Shown piece by piece: positions 1 to 8,368 of a stretch of 64,000 nucleotides of DNA. The notes beneath the pieces are model-generated. The model worked only from the letters and a program-made list of their open reading frames with translations. It made no database searches and was not told the DNA's origin. Source of the DNA: a virus (Duplodnaviria > Heunggongvirae > Uroviricota > Caudoviricetes > Herelleviridae). The number at the start of each line of letters is the position of its first letter. Position 1 is the stretch's first letter. The stretch spans positions 3,428 through 67,427 of IMG/VR virus record IMGVR_UViG_2595698876_000001; one strand, 5' to 3'. A program made the position numbers and the translations under genes.

Positions 1-86
1 TACTCACGGATATTTGTTATACCTTGTGTGAATTTCCACGCTGACACAATGAATATAGTTGCAAGTATTAAGTATATTAGAGTCAT
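1..86 (-). CDS. small membrane protein, runs off window edge
   Basis: ATG at 84-86 overlaps upstream stop (ATGA); MTLIYLILATIFIVSAWKF hydrophobic start. Confidence 0.5.
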   Translation of the reverse strand, partial: MTLIYLILATIFIVSAWKFTQGITNIRE

Positions 87-283
87 CGCCATTCGTCATC
101 CTCCTCCCAGTAGTATAATCGTGTGATAGAATCGAATAAAATTAAGTCCGGGTCATCTTCTACCTTTACAAGCGCAGATACTACACTATCTGTTGTAAAC
201 GTAATATCTGATAATCCACCTGTTGGGTAAAACTCCGGAATATCGAATATCCAGTATCTATGTTTTAAATTAACTTCTTCCAT
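83..283 (-). CDS. hypothetical protein (66 aa)
   Basis: ORF track; SD (AAGGAG) upstream; packed operon. Confidence 0.7.
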   Translation of the reverse strand: MEEVNLKHRYWIFDIPEFYPTGGLSDITFTTDSVVSALVKVEDDPDLILFDSITRLYYWEEDDEWR

Positions 284-295
284 ATGTATCTCTCC

Positions 296-736
296 TTATC
301 CCCAGTATCGGTTTCCTAATTTATCGAAGTATGCGCGTGTGTTTTTATCATAGTCGTTGATAAACCCATAGATAGTCTTTCTACCTAACTCATATGTATA
401 GAAACGCCCTTTATCATCTACGTGCAGGTGGTACTTATGCTTCTTAAGTATCTTAGGGTTCTTTTTGGATTTACCTATCATATCCCATATAGATAGTGCT
501 GTACCGTTATTCTCTTTCTTAAGCTTTTGTAGTTTCTTCTGTAGTCTGTAGTTACCTAACACCGTTGTATGGTATGTGTGCTTAATGTTGATTAAGGTAA
601 CTGTATGGAATGACGTATCTAAGTCCTCAAGACCTCTATAAAACGCTACTGCATCTTTGATTGGTTCATTAATTATCTTTTCTGCTTTTGTTCCTCTAAA
701 ATTATGAATCTGTCTTGTTCGTGTATGTCTTGTCAT
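296..736 (-). CDS. MTRH-family protein A (146 aa)
   Basis: AGGAGG SD; N-terminus MTRHTRTRQ; LDTSF motif shared with paralogues. Confidence 0.8.
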   Translation of the reverse strand: MTRHTRTRQIHNFRGTKAEKIINEPIKDAVAFYRGLEDLDTSFHTVTLINIKHTYHTTVLGNYRLQKKLQKLKKENNGTALSIWDMIGKSKKNPKILKKHKYHLHVDDKGRFYTYELGRKTIYGFINDYDKNTRAYFDKLGNRYWG

Positions 737-748
737 TATAATTCCCTC

Positions 749-928
749 CTAATGTGTGAACATATAATCGATATAACCTACTATGTAAAGTATAGATATG
801 AGAAAGCAGGTGAGTACGATAGCAAAATGAATTATATCGTACTCTTGTGGTCTCTCTACCATGTCTTGCATAGCAACTAATCCTAAAACTAATATAACTA
901 CGAATATTAATAAAGCTATATGTATCAT
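749..928 (-). CDS. 59-aa two-TM membrane protein (not in ORF track)
   Basis: Hand translation MIHIALLIFVVILVLGLVAMQ...YMFTH*; ATGA overlap with upstream gene; fills the gap exactly. Confidence 0.7.
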   Translation of the reverse strand: MIHIALLIFVVILVLGLVAMQDMVERPQEYDIIHFAIVLTCFLISILYIVGYIDYMFTH

Positions 929-1659
929 TGTGCTGCTTCTCTATTCTTCTTATCTATTTGTTTATGCAGATATGCTGTATGTGCATTGTCTTGTGTTGTG
1001 AACAATTGGTCAGGTATGTTATAGCTTTTTCGCGTAATCTCTAGAAGCGTGTTGCAGTCAAATATCTTTGTGTCCCCTTCCGACAGACCAGTTCTATATA
1101 TTGGTGCTGCTGAGAACGCTCCTTCTGTAACACCTAGCACTTTATATTCTGTAGTTGTTGCACCGTATGTGTCGTCACTAGAAGAGTAGTATTTACCGTA
1201 TAGTATCTCTCCGGGCTTCGGCATACCTTTCCAAAACTTATTCTCATAGGTTAACTTCTCTCTATATGAAAATGCTTTCTGTGGGAACTTACTAGCGTCT
1301 TCCTCATCATAATTACCATACGGGATGCGTATCATATCTTCCATAGAGAATCGATAATATTCATATCGAGGGTAATAAGGTAAATTGTGTCTATTGTAAT
1401 CCCTAGCGGTGAATAAACCCTCTTCTATATGCACTTCTATTACTTCAAGTTCACTATACCCTCTGTTTTCTGGGTTCCCTTCATCGTCTGCGTAGTTCAT
1501 GTATACGATATCCCCGATATCAACCGGAGAATCCTTGTATAATGGCTTTACTTCATCCATAAGTAAAACTGGTGGTGACTTTTCGAATGATTCTTGAACC
1601 AGTTCGTCAGAAAATACATTTATAATTCTACCTAGTAAACTTACCACATCGGCACCCAC
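925..1659 (-). CDS. hypothetical protein (244 aa)
   Basis: ORF track; two similar GD/EI(V/L)Y...(L/Y)xVxxVxEG segments suggest tandem small barrels. Confidence 0.7.
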   Translation of the reverse strand: MGADVVSLLGRIINVFSDELVQESFEKSPPVLLMDEVKPLYKDSPVDIGDIVYMNYADDEGNPENRGYSELEVIEVHIEEGLFTARDYNRHNLPYYPRYEYYRFSMEDMIRIPYGNYDEEDASKFPQKAFSYREKLTYENKFWKGMPKPGEILYGKYYSSSDDTYGATTTEYKVLGVTEGAFSAAPIYRTGLSEGDTKIFDCNTLLEITRKSYNIPDQLFTTQDNAHTAYLHKQIDKKNREAAQ

Positions 1660-1898
1660 TCTCTGCTACCGTGTTTTGATTCAATCTCATCCATATATTC
1701 TCGTGTTGTTTCTTCATAGAACTCTTTACTTGCATACTCTACACAATCTACGAATAAGTCATCTAACTCACTATCACTGATTCCTTGCACCATTAACCAC
1801 TCTTCTATGTATGCTTTCTTTTCTCGTGCCTCTGCGAATAATTTAGCTGCTTCCGTAATTGCTCTTTCTACATCGATTGGTAACTTATGTTTTGACAT
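1641..1898 (-). CDS. acidic hypothetical protein (85 aa)
   Basis: ORF track; packed operon. Confidence 0.7.
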   Translation of the reverse strand: MSKHKLPIDVERAITEAAKLFAEAREKKAYIEEWLMVQGISDSELDDLFVDCVEYASKEFYEETTREYMDEIESKHGSREWVPMW

Positions 1899-1899
1899 A

Positions 1900-2070
1900 T
1901 TATTTCCCCCATTGTTCTCTATAGTATAATCGTCTATCTAATTGTTCTTTATATTCTTTTCGCTTCTGGAAAAAGTAAGCTCTCGTATGTAAGTTGTTAT
2001 CTGTCTTGATAAGTTCCGTGAGCATTTCTATCTTCTGTTCTAGCACAATAATATAAGCTGGTTTACCCAT
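1900..2070 (-). CDS. 56-aa hypothetical protein (not in ORF track)
   Basis: Hand translation MGKPAYIIVLEQKIEML...REQWGK*; fills gap between neighbours. Confidence 0.65.
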   Translation of the reverse strand: MGKPAYIIVLEQKIEMLTELIKTDNNLHTRAYFFQKRKEYKEQLDRRLYYREQWGK

Positions 2071-2245
2071 TTTGTTCATCCTCCAGCATCTTCAATATCC
2101 TCCGGTAAGCTCTTAATTCTCCTACCCACCTATTATAACAAGCTATATGAGATTGAGATGTCAATCTTCCTACGTCCTCTTTTACCACTTCTTCTAGACA
2201 CTGGATAGCTAGTTTTATATTCTCAATCACTTTTAGTCCCCCCAA
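2063..2245 (-). CDS. hypothetical protein (60 aa)
   Basis: ORF track; overlapping operon packing. Confidence 0.6.
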   Translation of the reverse strand: MGGLKVIENIKLAIQCLEEVVKEDVGRLTSQSHIACYNRWVGELRAYRRILKMLEDEQNG

Positions 2246-2427
2246 TAATAAGTATCGCTATCCACTACATAAAGACTTAAATTCTCTTTTAACATTTCAA
2301 TAAATTGGTCTTCCAGAACCTGTATGTACTGATATCCTTTATCCGTTTTGATTTCGATACGGATTTCATTATCGAACCCGGTACCTGTTACATTGACATA
2401 TCCGCCCCATAAATCGTTTTTTACCAT
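2233..2427 (-). CDS. hypothetical protein (64 aa)
   Basis: ORF track; AAGGAG SD. Confidence 0.65.
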   Translation of the reverse strand: MVKNDLWGGYVNVTGTGFDNEIRIEIKTDKGYQYIQVLEDQFIEMLKENLSLYVVDSDTYYWGD

Positions 2428-2675
2428 TGTTTTAGCTCCTTTATACGCATGGACTTTCGGTAGTACCCACCTACTGTGAACATAATGTAGTTTAGTACTT
2501 TGGATTTAAGTATAGGTATTCGTACCCATTCAAACTGCTTATCTAGTTCAGAACTATACACGTTTAACTGTTTGTCATCAATAGCTACGTTCGTTCCTTT
2601 CGCGTACATCTTACGTGCTAGTTTCTTGTCCTTTGTTGCTTTAATTAGTTGTTTATTACGTGTATGTTTTGTCAT
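2421..2675 (-). CDS. MTRH-family protein B (84 aa)
   Basis: TAATG coupling; MTKHTRNKQLIK; LDKQFEW and KVLNYIMF motifs. Confidence 0.8.
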   Translation of the reverse strand: MTKHTRNKQLIKATKDKKLARKMYAKGTNVAIDDKQLNVYSSELDKQFEWVRIPILKSKVLNYIMFTVGGYYRKSMRIKELKQW

Positions 2676-2968
2676 TAGTTAAATGACCTCCCTCTCTTAA
2701 CATCTATGTATCTCATACAAGGTATAGTAGATTTCTTCTCCCCTATCTGCAACTCTATCGTAGAAGCGAAGTGTATTCGGTTTTTAGTAACACCGTTTAT
2801 TTTATATCGTACCCACCTAAATGTACGGTCTGTAACTTCCAATCGCTTGCACGACTCTTTAATTGTTAGGTTATACCCTGTAGGATAGTTCCATTTCGCA
2901 AACTTAACATCCTCACCCTGCATCATGTCTAGTTTAATTAGTTGTTTATTACGTGTATGTCTTGTCAT
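2675..2968 (-). CDS. MTRH-family protein C (97 aa)
   Basis: Start moved to ATG 2966-2968 (ATGA overlap); MTRHTRNKQLIK; DRTFRW and KNRIHF motifs. Confidence 0.8.
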   Translation of the reverse strand: MTRHTRNKQLIKLDMMQGEDVKFAKWNYPTGYNLTIKESCKRLEVTDRTFRWVRYKINGVTKNRIHFASTIELQIGEKKSTIPCMRYIDVKRGRSFN

Positions 2969-3237
2969 ACCCAATATCTCTCCAATCTTGAATCACTCTC
3001 ATAACGTTGGTTAAATAGTTTATTATAATCCCCAGAACCATCTTTAAATAGACTTGCAATCATATCTTCACGACGCTTAATATCTCTCTGTAAGTCTTCA
3101 ATTATACCTCGCTGTAAGCTTAGTTTAGCAGTCTTGTCTTCATAGCAGCTCTTACATAGCAACTCGTACCTAAAAGCCATATAAATATCCACGCGGCTTA
3201 CATCTTTATTGCAGCATCCACAACGCAGTTCCATCAC
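2965..3237 (-). CDS. zinc-finger/coiled-coil protein (90 aa)
   Basis: CGCC...CKSC followed by heptad-like segment. Confidence 0.65.
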   Translation of the reverse strand: MMELRCGCCNKDVSRVDIYMAFRYELLCKSCYEDKTAKLSLQRGIIEDLQRDIKRREDMIASLFKDGSGDYNKLFNQRYESDSRLERYWV

Positions 3238-3422
3238 GCATTCCCCTTTTCTCGAATCATAATTGCATGTATAGCTTCTAATACCTGATACGCTAACTCC
3301 TTGTCCCCTTTTAATCGTTCAAACGGTACATCTGCTAAAATTACAATTCCTGCGTACCAGAAGGTGAACCCATCCTCATTTACAGTAAACGAAACTAAAT
3401 CATTTAGTTCTATCATTCTCAC
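3234..3422 (-). CDS. hypothetical protein (62 aa)
   Basis: ORF track; ATGA coupling. Confidence 0.65.
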   Translation of the reverse strand: MRMIELNDLVSFTVNEDGFTFWYAGIVILADVPFERLKGDKELAYQVLEAIHAIMIREKGNA

Positions 3423-3609
3423 TCATCCTCCCTACCGCTATAATTGCCATTTCATATGCAAGCATGGCTCCTAAATACATGCCTCTTTCTAGTATTCTAC
3501 CTTCACGGTCTGTAAAAGTATCGTGGTCTAAATCATCAAATTTCTTTAGGAACCGCTCCTGTCTATCATACTTACGTTCTAGCACCTCTATAAGCTTGTT
3601 AGCGTCCAC
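3400..3609 (-). CDS. hypothetical protein (~69 aa)
   Basis: ORF track 3400..3654; GTG at 3607-3609 preceded by GGAGGA preferred as start. Confidence 0.6.
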   Translation of the reverse strand: MDANKLIEVLERKYDRQERFLKKFDDLDHDTFTDREGRILERGMYLGAMLAYEMAIIAVGRMSENDRTK

Positions 3610-3712
3610 GTTTCTTCCTCCCCTTCTTATCCTCCTTGTATCTTTCACGAGCATACAAGAGGTCTAGTAGGCACCCTATAAGTTCTAATACTAACTCTAT
3701 TAATGTATGCAT
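3599..3712 (-). CDS. 37-aa hydrophobic peptide with basic tail (not in ORF track)
   Basis: Hand translation MHTLIELVLELIGCLLDLLYARERYKEDKKGRKKRGR*; GAGGGG SD 7 nt upstream. Confidence 0.5.
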   Translation of the reverse strand: MHTLIELVLELIGCLLDLLYARERYKEDKKGRKKRGR

Positions 3713-3716
3713 CTCC

Positions 3717-3920
3717 TTACCCCTCTTCTATGATGCCGCTAATTCGCAGTTCTTTATAGAACTCTTCCTTCGGCACGTTGACAACTCCTACTAACTTACC
3801 TTCTTCCACAATACTTATTTCTACTAATCCTGTGGAGTATAAGTCTATATCTACGAAAGTTTCATGGTATGTATCTGTTTCGTCACATATCCGTGCCGAC
3901 TTCTCGATTAGATTCCCCAT
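3717..3920 (-). CDS. hypothetical protein (67 aa)
   Basis: ORF track; start moved to MGNLIEK after AAGGAGG. Confidence 0.65.
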   Translation of the reverse strand: MGNLIEKSARICDETDTYHETFVDIDLYSTGLVEISIVEEGKLVGVVNVPKEEFYKELRISGIIEEG

Positions 3921-4035
3921 CTTGCTCCCTCCTTTCATCCTCGGCATAGATACAAGGGAAGCATATCACCTTGTCATCCCATATTATACCACTACTTACT
4001 AGTTTCCCGCAATCCCAACATTGCTCGACATCCAC
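3883..4035 (-). CDS. 50-aa C4 zinc-finger peptide (not in ORF track)
   Basis: GAGGAGG-7nt-GTG; MDVEQCWDCGK...ICFPC...GTDM*. Confidence 0.65.
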   Translation of the reverse strand: MDVEQCWDCGKLVSSGIIWDDKVICFPCIYAEDERREQDGESNREVGTDM

Positions 4036-4037
4036 TT

Positions 4038-4175
4038 TTATTCCTCCTCTGTTTTCTCGTCGATTCTGTCGATGTAGTCTCCTAGTTGTTCCGATGTAAT
4101 GATATCTGCGTGATATAACTCATATACTGCTAGTGTTAATGCGTGTGCTTTTTCTACTGTAAACAGTTTATCCAT
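4038..4175 (-). CDS. 45-aa acidic peptide (not in ORF track)
   Basis: AAGGAG SD; MDKLFTVEKAHALTLAVY...KTEEE*. Confidence 0.65.
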   Translation of the reverse strand: MDKLFTVEKAHALTLAVYELYHADIITSEQLGDYIDRIDEKTEEE

Positions 4176-4204
4176 AATTTTCTCTCCTTTGTTGGTCATT
4201 TCTA

Positions 4205-4579
4205 TTACAAATCGAAGTCATATAGGTTTTTAATGCGGCTACGGAGTCGGTACAGCTCGTCTAGCTGCGCTTCATACCTAATGTATGTCGTGTACTCGAA
4301 GTGCGTGTGCTGGTCTTCTACGACGTTACGTTCTATGTTCTTCTGCTTACGTTCTTTCGCTTCTATCTCATCCTCGATGTCGAAGATGATGTTAATACTT
4401 GTGTTGTATAAGTGTTCTAACATTTCTAATACCGCTTCCGCCACTACAATCTCTTTGAATGAGTTGTCTTTACGTAGGTAAGGTACTTCGAACTTTCTTC
4501 TCTCTTCAATCATAATTTTCTCGTAATATTCGATTCTACATTCCATTAAGTTTGCAATCTCTTTTACCATTTGTGCCAT
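4205..4579 (-). CDS. hypothetical helical protein (124 aa)
   Basis: ORF track. Confidence 0.7.
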   Translation of the reverse strand: MAQMVKEIANLMECRIEYYEKIMIEERRKFEVPYLRKDNSFKEIVVAEAVLEMLEHLYNTSINIIFDIEDEIEAKERKQKNIERNVVEDQHTHFEYTTYIRYEAQLDELYRLRSRIKNLYDFDL

Positions 4580-4582
4580 AGT

Positions 4583-4840
4583 CTACCATCCTTTCGTTTT
4601 AGCTGCGAAGTGCGTACCATATGTATCTTCATTCCCACCGAACTCTATCATATTATACGTTTTACTTTTAATACCTAGAATATCTCCCCAACCTTCGAAA
4701 TTACGGTGCCATTTAAAAGTTGCATCTAACTCTACCGCTACCATATCTTGTCTCATTCTTTCGATAGTTAGGTTCTTCATACCGCTCCAACTACCTTCAT
4801 TGAGCTTGTCCATTTGTTTGTTACGTGTATGTCTTGTCAT
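4583..4840 (-). CDS. MTRH-family protein D (85 aa)
   Basis: TAATG coupling; MTRHTRNKQM; LDATFKW and KTYNMIEF motifs. Confidence 0.8.
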   Translation of the reverse strand: MTRHTRNKQMDKLNEGSWSGMKNLTIERMRQDMVAVELDATFKWHRNFEGWGDILGIKSKTYNMIEFGGNEDTYGTHFAAKTKGW

Positions 4841-5490
4841 TATAGCTCGTCCTCCCCTAAGTTAATTACGTGTTCTTTAAGGCACTTCGGGGTAACTTCA
4901 TCTGCTCTGATTTCTCGCTGCATCATTTGTTCATTACCGTCTCTATCATCGACAACAAAACGGATTAATAACATCTGGATAAGGTCTGCACATACCGCTT
5001 TCTTATACTGACCTTTAACCTCTGCTAAACGTAAACCGTATTTTACGATATCCCCGGGTACATATTCTTGCTTTCTTCCTACTTTATTGAACGCCAATTT
5101 TATTTTGTGTGAACGGACTTCGTCCTTCTCTAGTTGCACAAAGGAAGTTTTCTCTACATCCATCCAACTTGCAGCTCTATCATCATCCCAGTAAGCAAAA
5201 ACTTTATAACCGTCTTTAATGCTCGTTACCTTGCCTTTGTACGTTTTACCATCTTGTGTAGCTGCTACCCATTGACCAACTTCCGGCACGAATTTATACG
5301 TAGAAAATTCTTTTTCTAACAACCAGTTAAGAGATGCGTTATACTTATGCCACCCTGACGTACCGTTAATATTACTTAATTGCAATTCATCTTTATGCAT
5401 TCTAAATAGTACGTTAGGTGATTTCGTTTCGAAAATAACCTCTCCATCTAGTAAAGCATCAATCGTTTGTTTATTGTTAAGTGTTGTCAT
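4840..5490 (-). CDS. hypothetical protein with SH3/Tudor-like barrels (216 aa)
   Basis: VGQWVAATQDGKTYKGKVTSI and PGDIVKYGLRLAEVKG segments. Confidence 0.65.
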   Translation of the reverse strand: MTTLNNKQTIDALLDGEVIFETKSPNVLFRMHKDELQLSNINGTSGWHKYNASLNWLLEKEFSTYKFVPEVGQWVAATQDGKTYKGKVTSIKDGYKVFAYWDDDRAASWMDVEKTSFVQLEKDEVRSHKIKLAFNKVGRKQEYVPGDIVKYGLRLAEVKGQYKKAVCADLIQMLLIRFVVDDRDGNEQMMQREIRADEVTPKCLKEHVINLGEDEL

Positions 5491-5491
5491 T

Positions 5492-5908
5492 TTAAAGTTC
5501 CCCTTCCATTTTCTTTTTAACTGTTATTTGTATGTATTTCAATTCCGATATAACCATGTTGCATGTAGAGTAATCTAGATAGTCTTCATATAATAAAGTG
5601 CTAACTTTCGCCGCCTTCTCTATATGATTACGCGCTCTAACATTATTACTTATCAGGCTATCTATTAGCTGATTGATTTCTAAGTCCGTTGTTAATTTGC
5701 TAATGTCATATAATAAGAAGTGAAGCTCATCGATACGTTTCTTATGTAGAGATATTTGTTTTAGAATAACTTCCTTATCTCTTAAGCTCCACATGTCTTC
5801 TCCTTCTTTAGCTGCGAACTGTTTCGTTAATACCTTAATGTCAGATTGGATATTAACAACTCTCTCTTTAATTTCTTCTTCCATCGCCACTTTTAACTCG
5901 TCCACCAT
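5492..5908 (-). CDS. hypothetical helical protein (138 aa)
   Basis: AGGAGG SD; first gene after sigmaA-type promoter. Confidence 0.75.
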   Translation of the reverse strand: MVDELKVAMEEEIKERVVNIQSDIKVLTKQFAAKEGEDMWSLRDKEVILKQISLHKKRIDELHFLLYDISKLTTDLEINQLIDSLISNNVRARNHIEKAAKVSTLLYEDYLDYSTCNMVISELKYIQITVKKKMEGEL

Positions 5909-5939
5909 GTTTATCTCCTCCTTGTTATCTTATACCTTT

Positions 5940-5968
5940 ATATTACACTACCATTTACTTAAAGTCAA
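5940..5968 (-). promoter_or_regulatory. sigmaA-type early promoter
   Basis: TTGACT-17-TAATAT. Confidence 0.65.
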
Positions 5969-5997
5969 CAAGTTTTTTAAGAAAAAGAGAGTATTTT

Positions 5998-6222
5998 TTA
6001 CTCTCCTTTGTTATTTTGTCTATAAGCTGCATCTATTTCCTGCCTAGCTTCTATTCTTTTCCATTCCCATGAACGTACAGTCTTCTTCCGTTGACACTTA
6101 GGACAATAAATATGAATCTTCTCTAGATAAGAATATACAACACTTGATGTATCCGGCTCCATTTCTGTTGATACGTAGTGAAAATCATGCTTACAGTTTA
6201 ATATTTTAAATAGACTAAACAT
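5998..6222 (-). CDS. hypothetical protein with Cys/His motif (74 aa)
   Basis: CKH...YCPKC. Confidence 0.65.
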   Translation of the reverse strand: MFSLFKILNCKHDFHYVSTEMEPDTSSVVYSYLEKIHIYCPKCQRKKTVRSWEWKRIEARQEIDAAYRQNNKGE

Positions 6223-6231
6223 TTCAATCCC

Positions 6232-6498
6232 CTACTTCCATGTTTTAATAGTAATACGGCGGAACATTCTAGCTTCAAACGCATTAAACGGTTTAGTATC
6301 GATGAATATTACGTTCGGAACCTTTCCTGCATGCCATTTACGAGGTGATAACCAAGAGAACCCCGTATCTAGGATTCCTATAGCTTTGTACACCTGTCGA
6401 TTCTCTTCAACTGTTGGTGTTTGCAGCATGATACTGTTGATTGTTGCTTGTTTAATAGTTGCCTTGTTTAGTTGTTTGTATCGTACATGTCTAGTCAT
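6232..6498 (-). CDS. MTRH-family protein E (88 aa)
   Basis: TAATG coupling; MTRHVRYKQL; LDTGFSW and KVPNVIFI motifs. Confidence 0.8.
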   Translation of the reverse strand: MTRHVRYKQLNKATIKQATINSIMLQTPTVEENRQVYKAIGILDTGFSWLSPRKWHAGKVPNVIFIDTKPFNAFEARMFRRITIKTWK

Positions 6499-6614
6499 TA
6501 GTATTCTTCCCCTCGTTCTTCTAATTGTTCAATCAGTCTATCAATTTCTACATTTTTCTCATCGATTATGTCGAATAAAGTATCTATCTTTTTTCGAATT
6601 TCGTCACTAGTCAT
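6498..6614 (-). CDS. 38-aa coiled-coil peptide (not in ORF track)
   Basis: TAATG overlaps at both ends; MTSDEIRKKIDTLFDIIDEKNVEIDRLIEQLEERGEEY*. Confidence 0.7.
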   Translation of the reverse strand: MTSDEIRKKIDTLFDIIDEKNVEIDRLIEQLEERGEEY

Positions 6615-6955
6615 TAAAATTCTCCCTCTCCTAAATACGATTCGATTGTTTGTTTCATTTGTTCGTTCTCTTCTTCCAACTCTCCCACTTGTTCTTCCAA
6701 ATCACTTACTTCACCGCATAACTCATCATATGACTCCTCCAACTCTCTCGCTCTAGATTCAAGGTCATCATATTGGTCATCTAGCTCTCGTGCTTGTTCT
6801 TCGATATCTTTCGCTAACTCTTCTAGTTTCTCATACATAACAGTAGATAGATGTTCGAAATTTTCATTAATAAACATTTCTACTAAGTCTCCCATATTAG
6901 TAGTTCGTGATTTAGCTTTATAAACGTCGCAACCATTAATAATTAATCCGTCCAT
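6614..6955 (-). CDS. acidic coiled-coil protein (113 aa)
   Basis: Heptad-rich E/L pattern; TAATG coupling. Confidence 0.75.
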   Translation of the reverse strand: MDGLIINGCDVYKAKSRTTNMGDLVEMFINENFEHLSTVMYEKLEELAKDIEEQARELDDQYDDLESRARELEESYDELCGEVSDLEEQVGELEEENEQMKQTIESYLGEGEF

Positions 6956-7365
6956 TACGCTTGCTCCCCCTTTTTCATCGCATGTCTATACCATAAATTC
7001 TCTACGTATGTCTCTGCTAACTTTCTGTCTCCGGTCTTGATTTCAATCTCCCCAATAAACTCGTCAATCATATTCCGATAGTAATACTTCAAATCTTCTA
7101 GTTCTTGGTTCGCTCTAGATAACTTATTAACCAATTCTTCCATAGAGGCTCCATAGTCCATTACCACTACCCCTTCATTTCGTTCTCGTTCTAGTGTGTC
7201 TTCTAAAACATTAACTCGATTCTGCAATCTATTGTTTTCTGTACGTAAGTCTTTATTCTTTTTCCACATGTCGGATTCACTTTGTCCGATAACCTCACTT
7301 AGCTCTTTTTTAAGAGACTTGTGATTGTTATTTAATACCGTCATTACTAAGTCGTCTGTTCTCAT
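6955..7365 (-). CDS. coiled-coil hypothetical protein (136 aa)
   Basis: ORF track; coupling at both ends. Confidence 0.75.
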   Translation of the reverse strand: MRTDDLVMTVLNNNHKSLKKELSEVIGQSESDMWKKNKDLRTENNRLQNRVNVLEDTLERERNEGVVVMDYGASMEELVNKLSRANQELEDLKYYYRNMIDEFIGEIEIKTGDRKLAETYVENLWYRHAMKKGEQA

Positions 7366-7943
7366 TATGCTTCCTCCTTAAGATTAGCTATTTCTTCTTC
7401 CCAAGCTACAGCTTGTCTTGCGTAATAATCCGCGTAATGTTCGGATTCTTGTAACTTCTTCTCGTAGCATTTGATACGATGTGCTTTCGTATGTTCGTCC
7501 CATTTCTTCTCCACTTCCCACATATCGCGTTGGTTACCTTGATATTTATAGACACCTAGACTCGTAACGACTTCCGCTTCGAAAGCAGGAGCAATCCAGT
7601 CACAACCATTACCGCAGCATCGATTAACCGGGTCGTACCCTTCATCTTCCGGTTTACAATCGCAGTAACCCCACATTCTGTCGTCAGGTAGCAACTTAAT
7701 GTCGTAACGTCGTCCTGTGTCATGGATATACACTTGAATCGTTCCATCTGTATACCCGCCTGTTCTATCCTTGTCATAGTCGATGTCGATACCATGTTCC
7801 TCCACATCTACTAAAAGAGTAGAAAGTACATCTGCATAATCTACCATGTTTTCATAGTGTCGGATAAGCGTTGCCATATCATCCGGTGATTCCCCTAAAA
7901 TAAATTCTTTCAATTTACCAAAAAACTTTTCTCCGAATTGCAT
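7365..7943 (-). CDS. hypothetical protein with Cys cluster (192 aa)
   Basis: WGYCDC...RCCGNGCDW. Confidence 0.75.
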   Translation of the reverse strand: MQFGEKFFGKLKEFILGESPDDMATLIRHYENMVDYADVLSTLLVDVEEHGIDIDYDKDRTGGYTDGTIQVYIHDTGRRYDIKLLPDDRMWGYCDCKPEDEGYDPVNRCCGNGCDWIAPAFEAEVVTSLGVYKYQGNQRDMWEVEKKWDEHTKAHRIKCYEKKLQESEHYADYYARQAVAWEEEIANLKEEA

Positions 7944-8004
7944 AATTCTCGTCCCCCTTGTATATACTCTTAGTAAACAAACTTATTTAATTGTAAGTTA
8001 TGTA

Positions 8005-8163
8005 TTATCTCCTGCTGAACAAACTAGATATGAAGTCTGCTATTGTTATAAGCACCCAAGAAATCCCTAATACGGTACCAAACAAGATTAGTCCTATCGG
8101 GTAGTAGTACCATTTCACATACCCGCTAGGTTTGTACCAATCTTTCAACGGGTTTAACCCCAT
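8005..8163 (-). CDS. 52-aa single-TM protein (not in ORF track)
   Basis: TGATG coupling; MGLNPLKDWYKP...IGLILFGTVLGISWVLITIADFISSLFSRR*. Confidence 0.65.
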   Translation of the reverse strand: MGLNPLKDWYKPSGYVKWYYYPIGLILFGTVLGISWVLITIADFISSLFSRR

Positions 8164-8366
8164 CATCGTTTAGCGTTTTCCTCTATAGTATTATTAATAA
8201 TAGCTGTAATTAAAGTTACACAGAAAGCAGCGAAAACTAGTAGCGATACGACAAGGGGTTTATTATCTACTGCATCCTGATAAAAGTTCCATGCTGTTAC
8301 ACCTAATGCTGCTGATATAATATTACCACTATACTTAATAGCTCTTGTTTTTGTCGTAAGTTTCAT
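8163..8366 (-). CDS. small membrane protein (67 aa)
   Basis: Two hydrophobic segments; AGGAGG SD. Confidence 0.7.
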   Translation of the reverse strand: MKLTTKTRAIKYSGNIISAALGVTAWNFYQDAVDNKPLVVSLLVFAAFCVTLITAIINNTIEENAKR

Positions 8367-8368
8367 AA

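Noticed and set aside
890-899. AGTTATATTA late-promoter-like motif on the minus strand
   Set aside because: Falls inside the 749-928 membrane ORF as codons for V-I-L.
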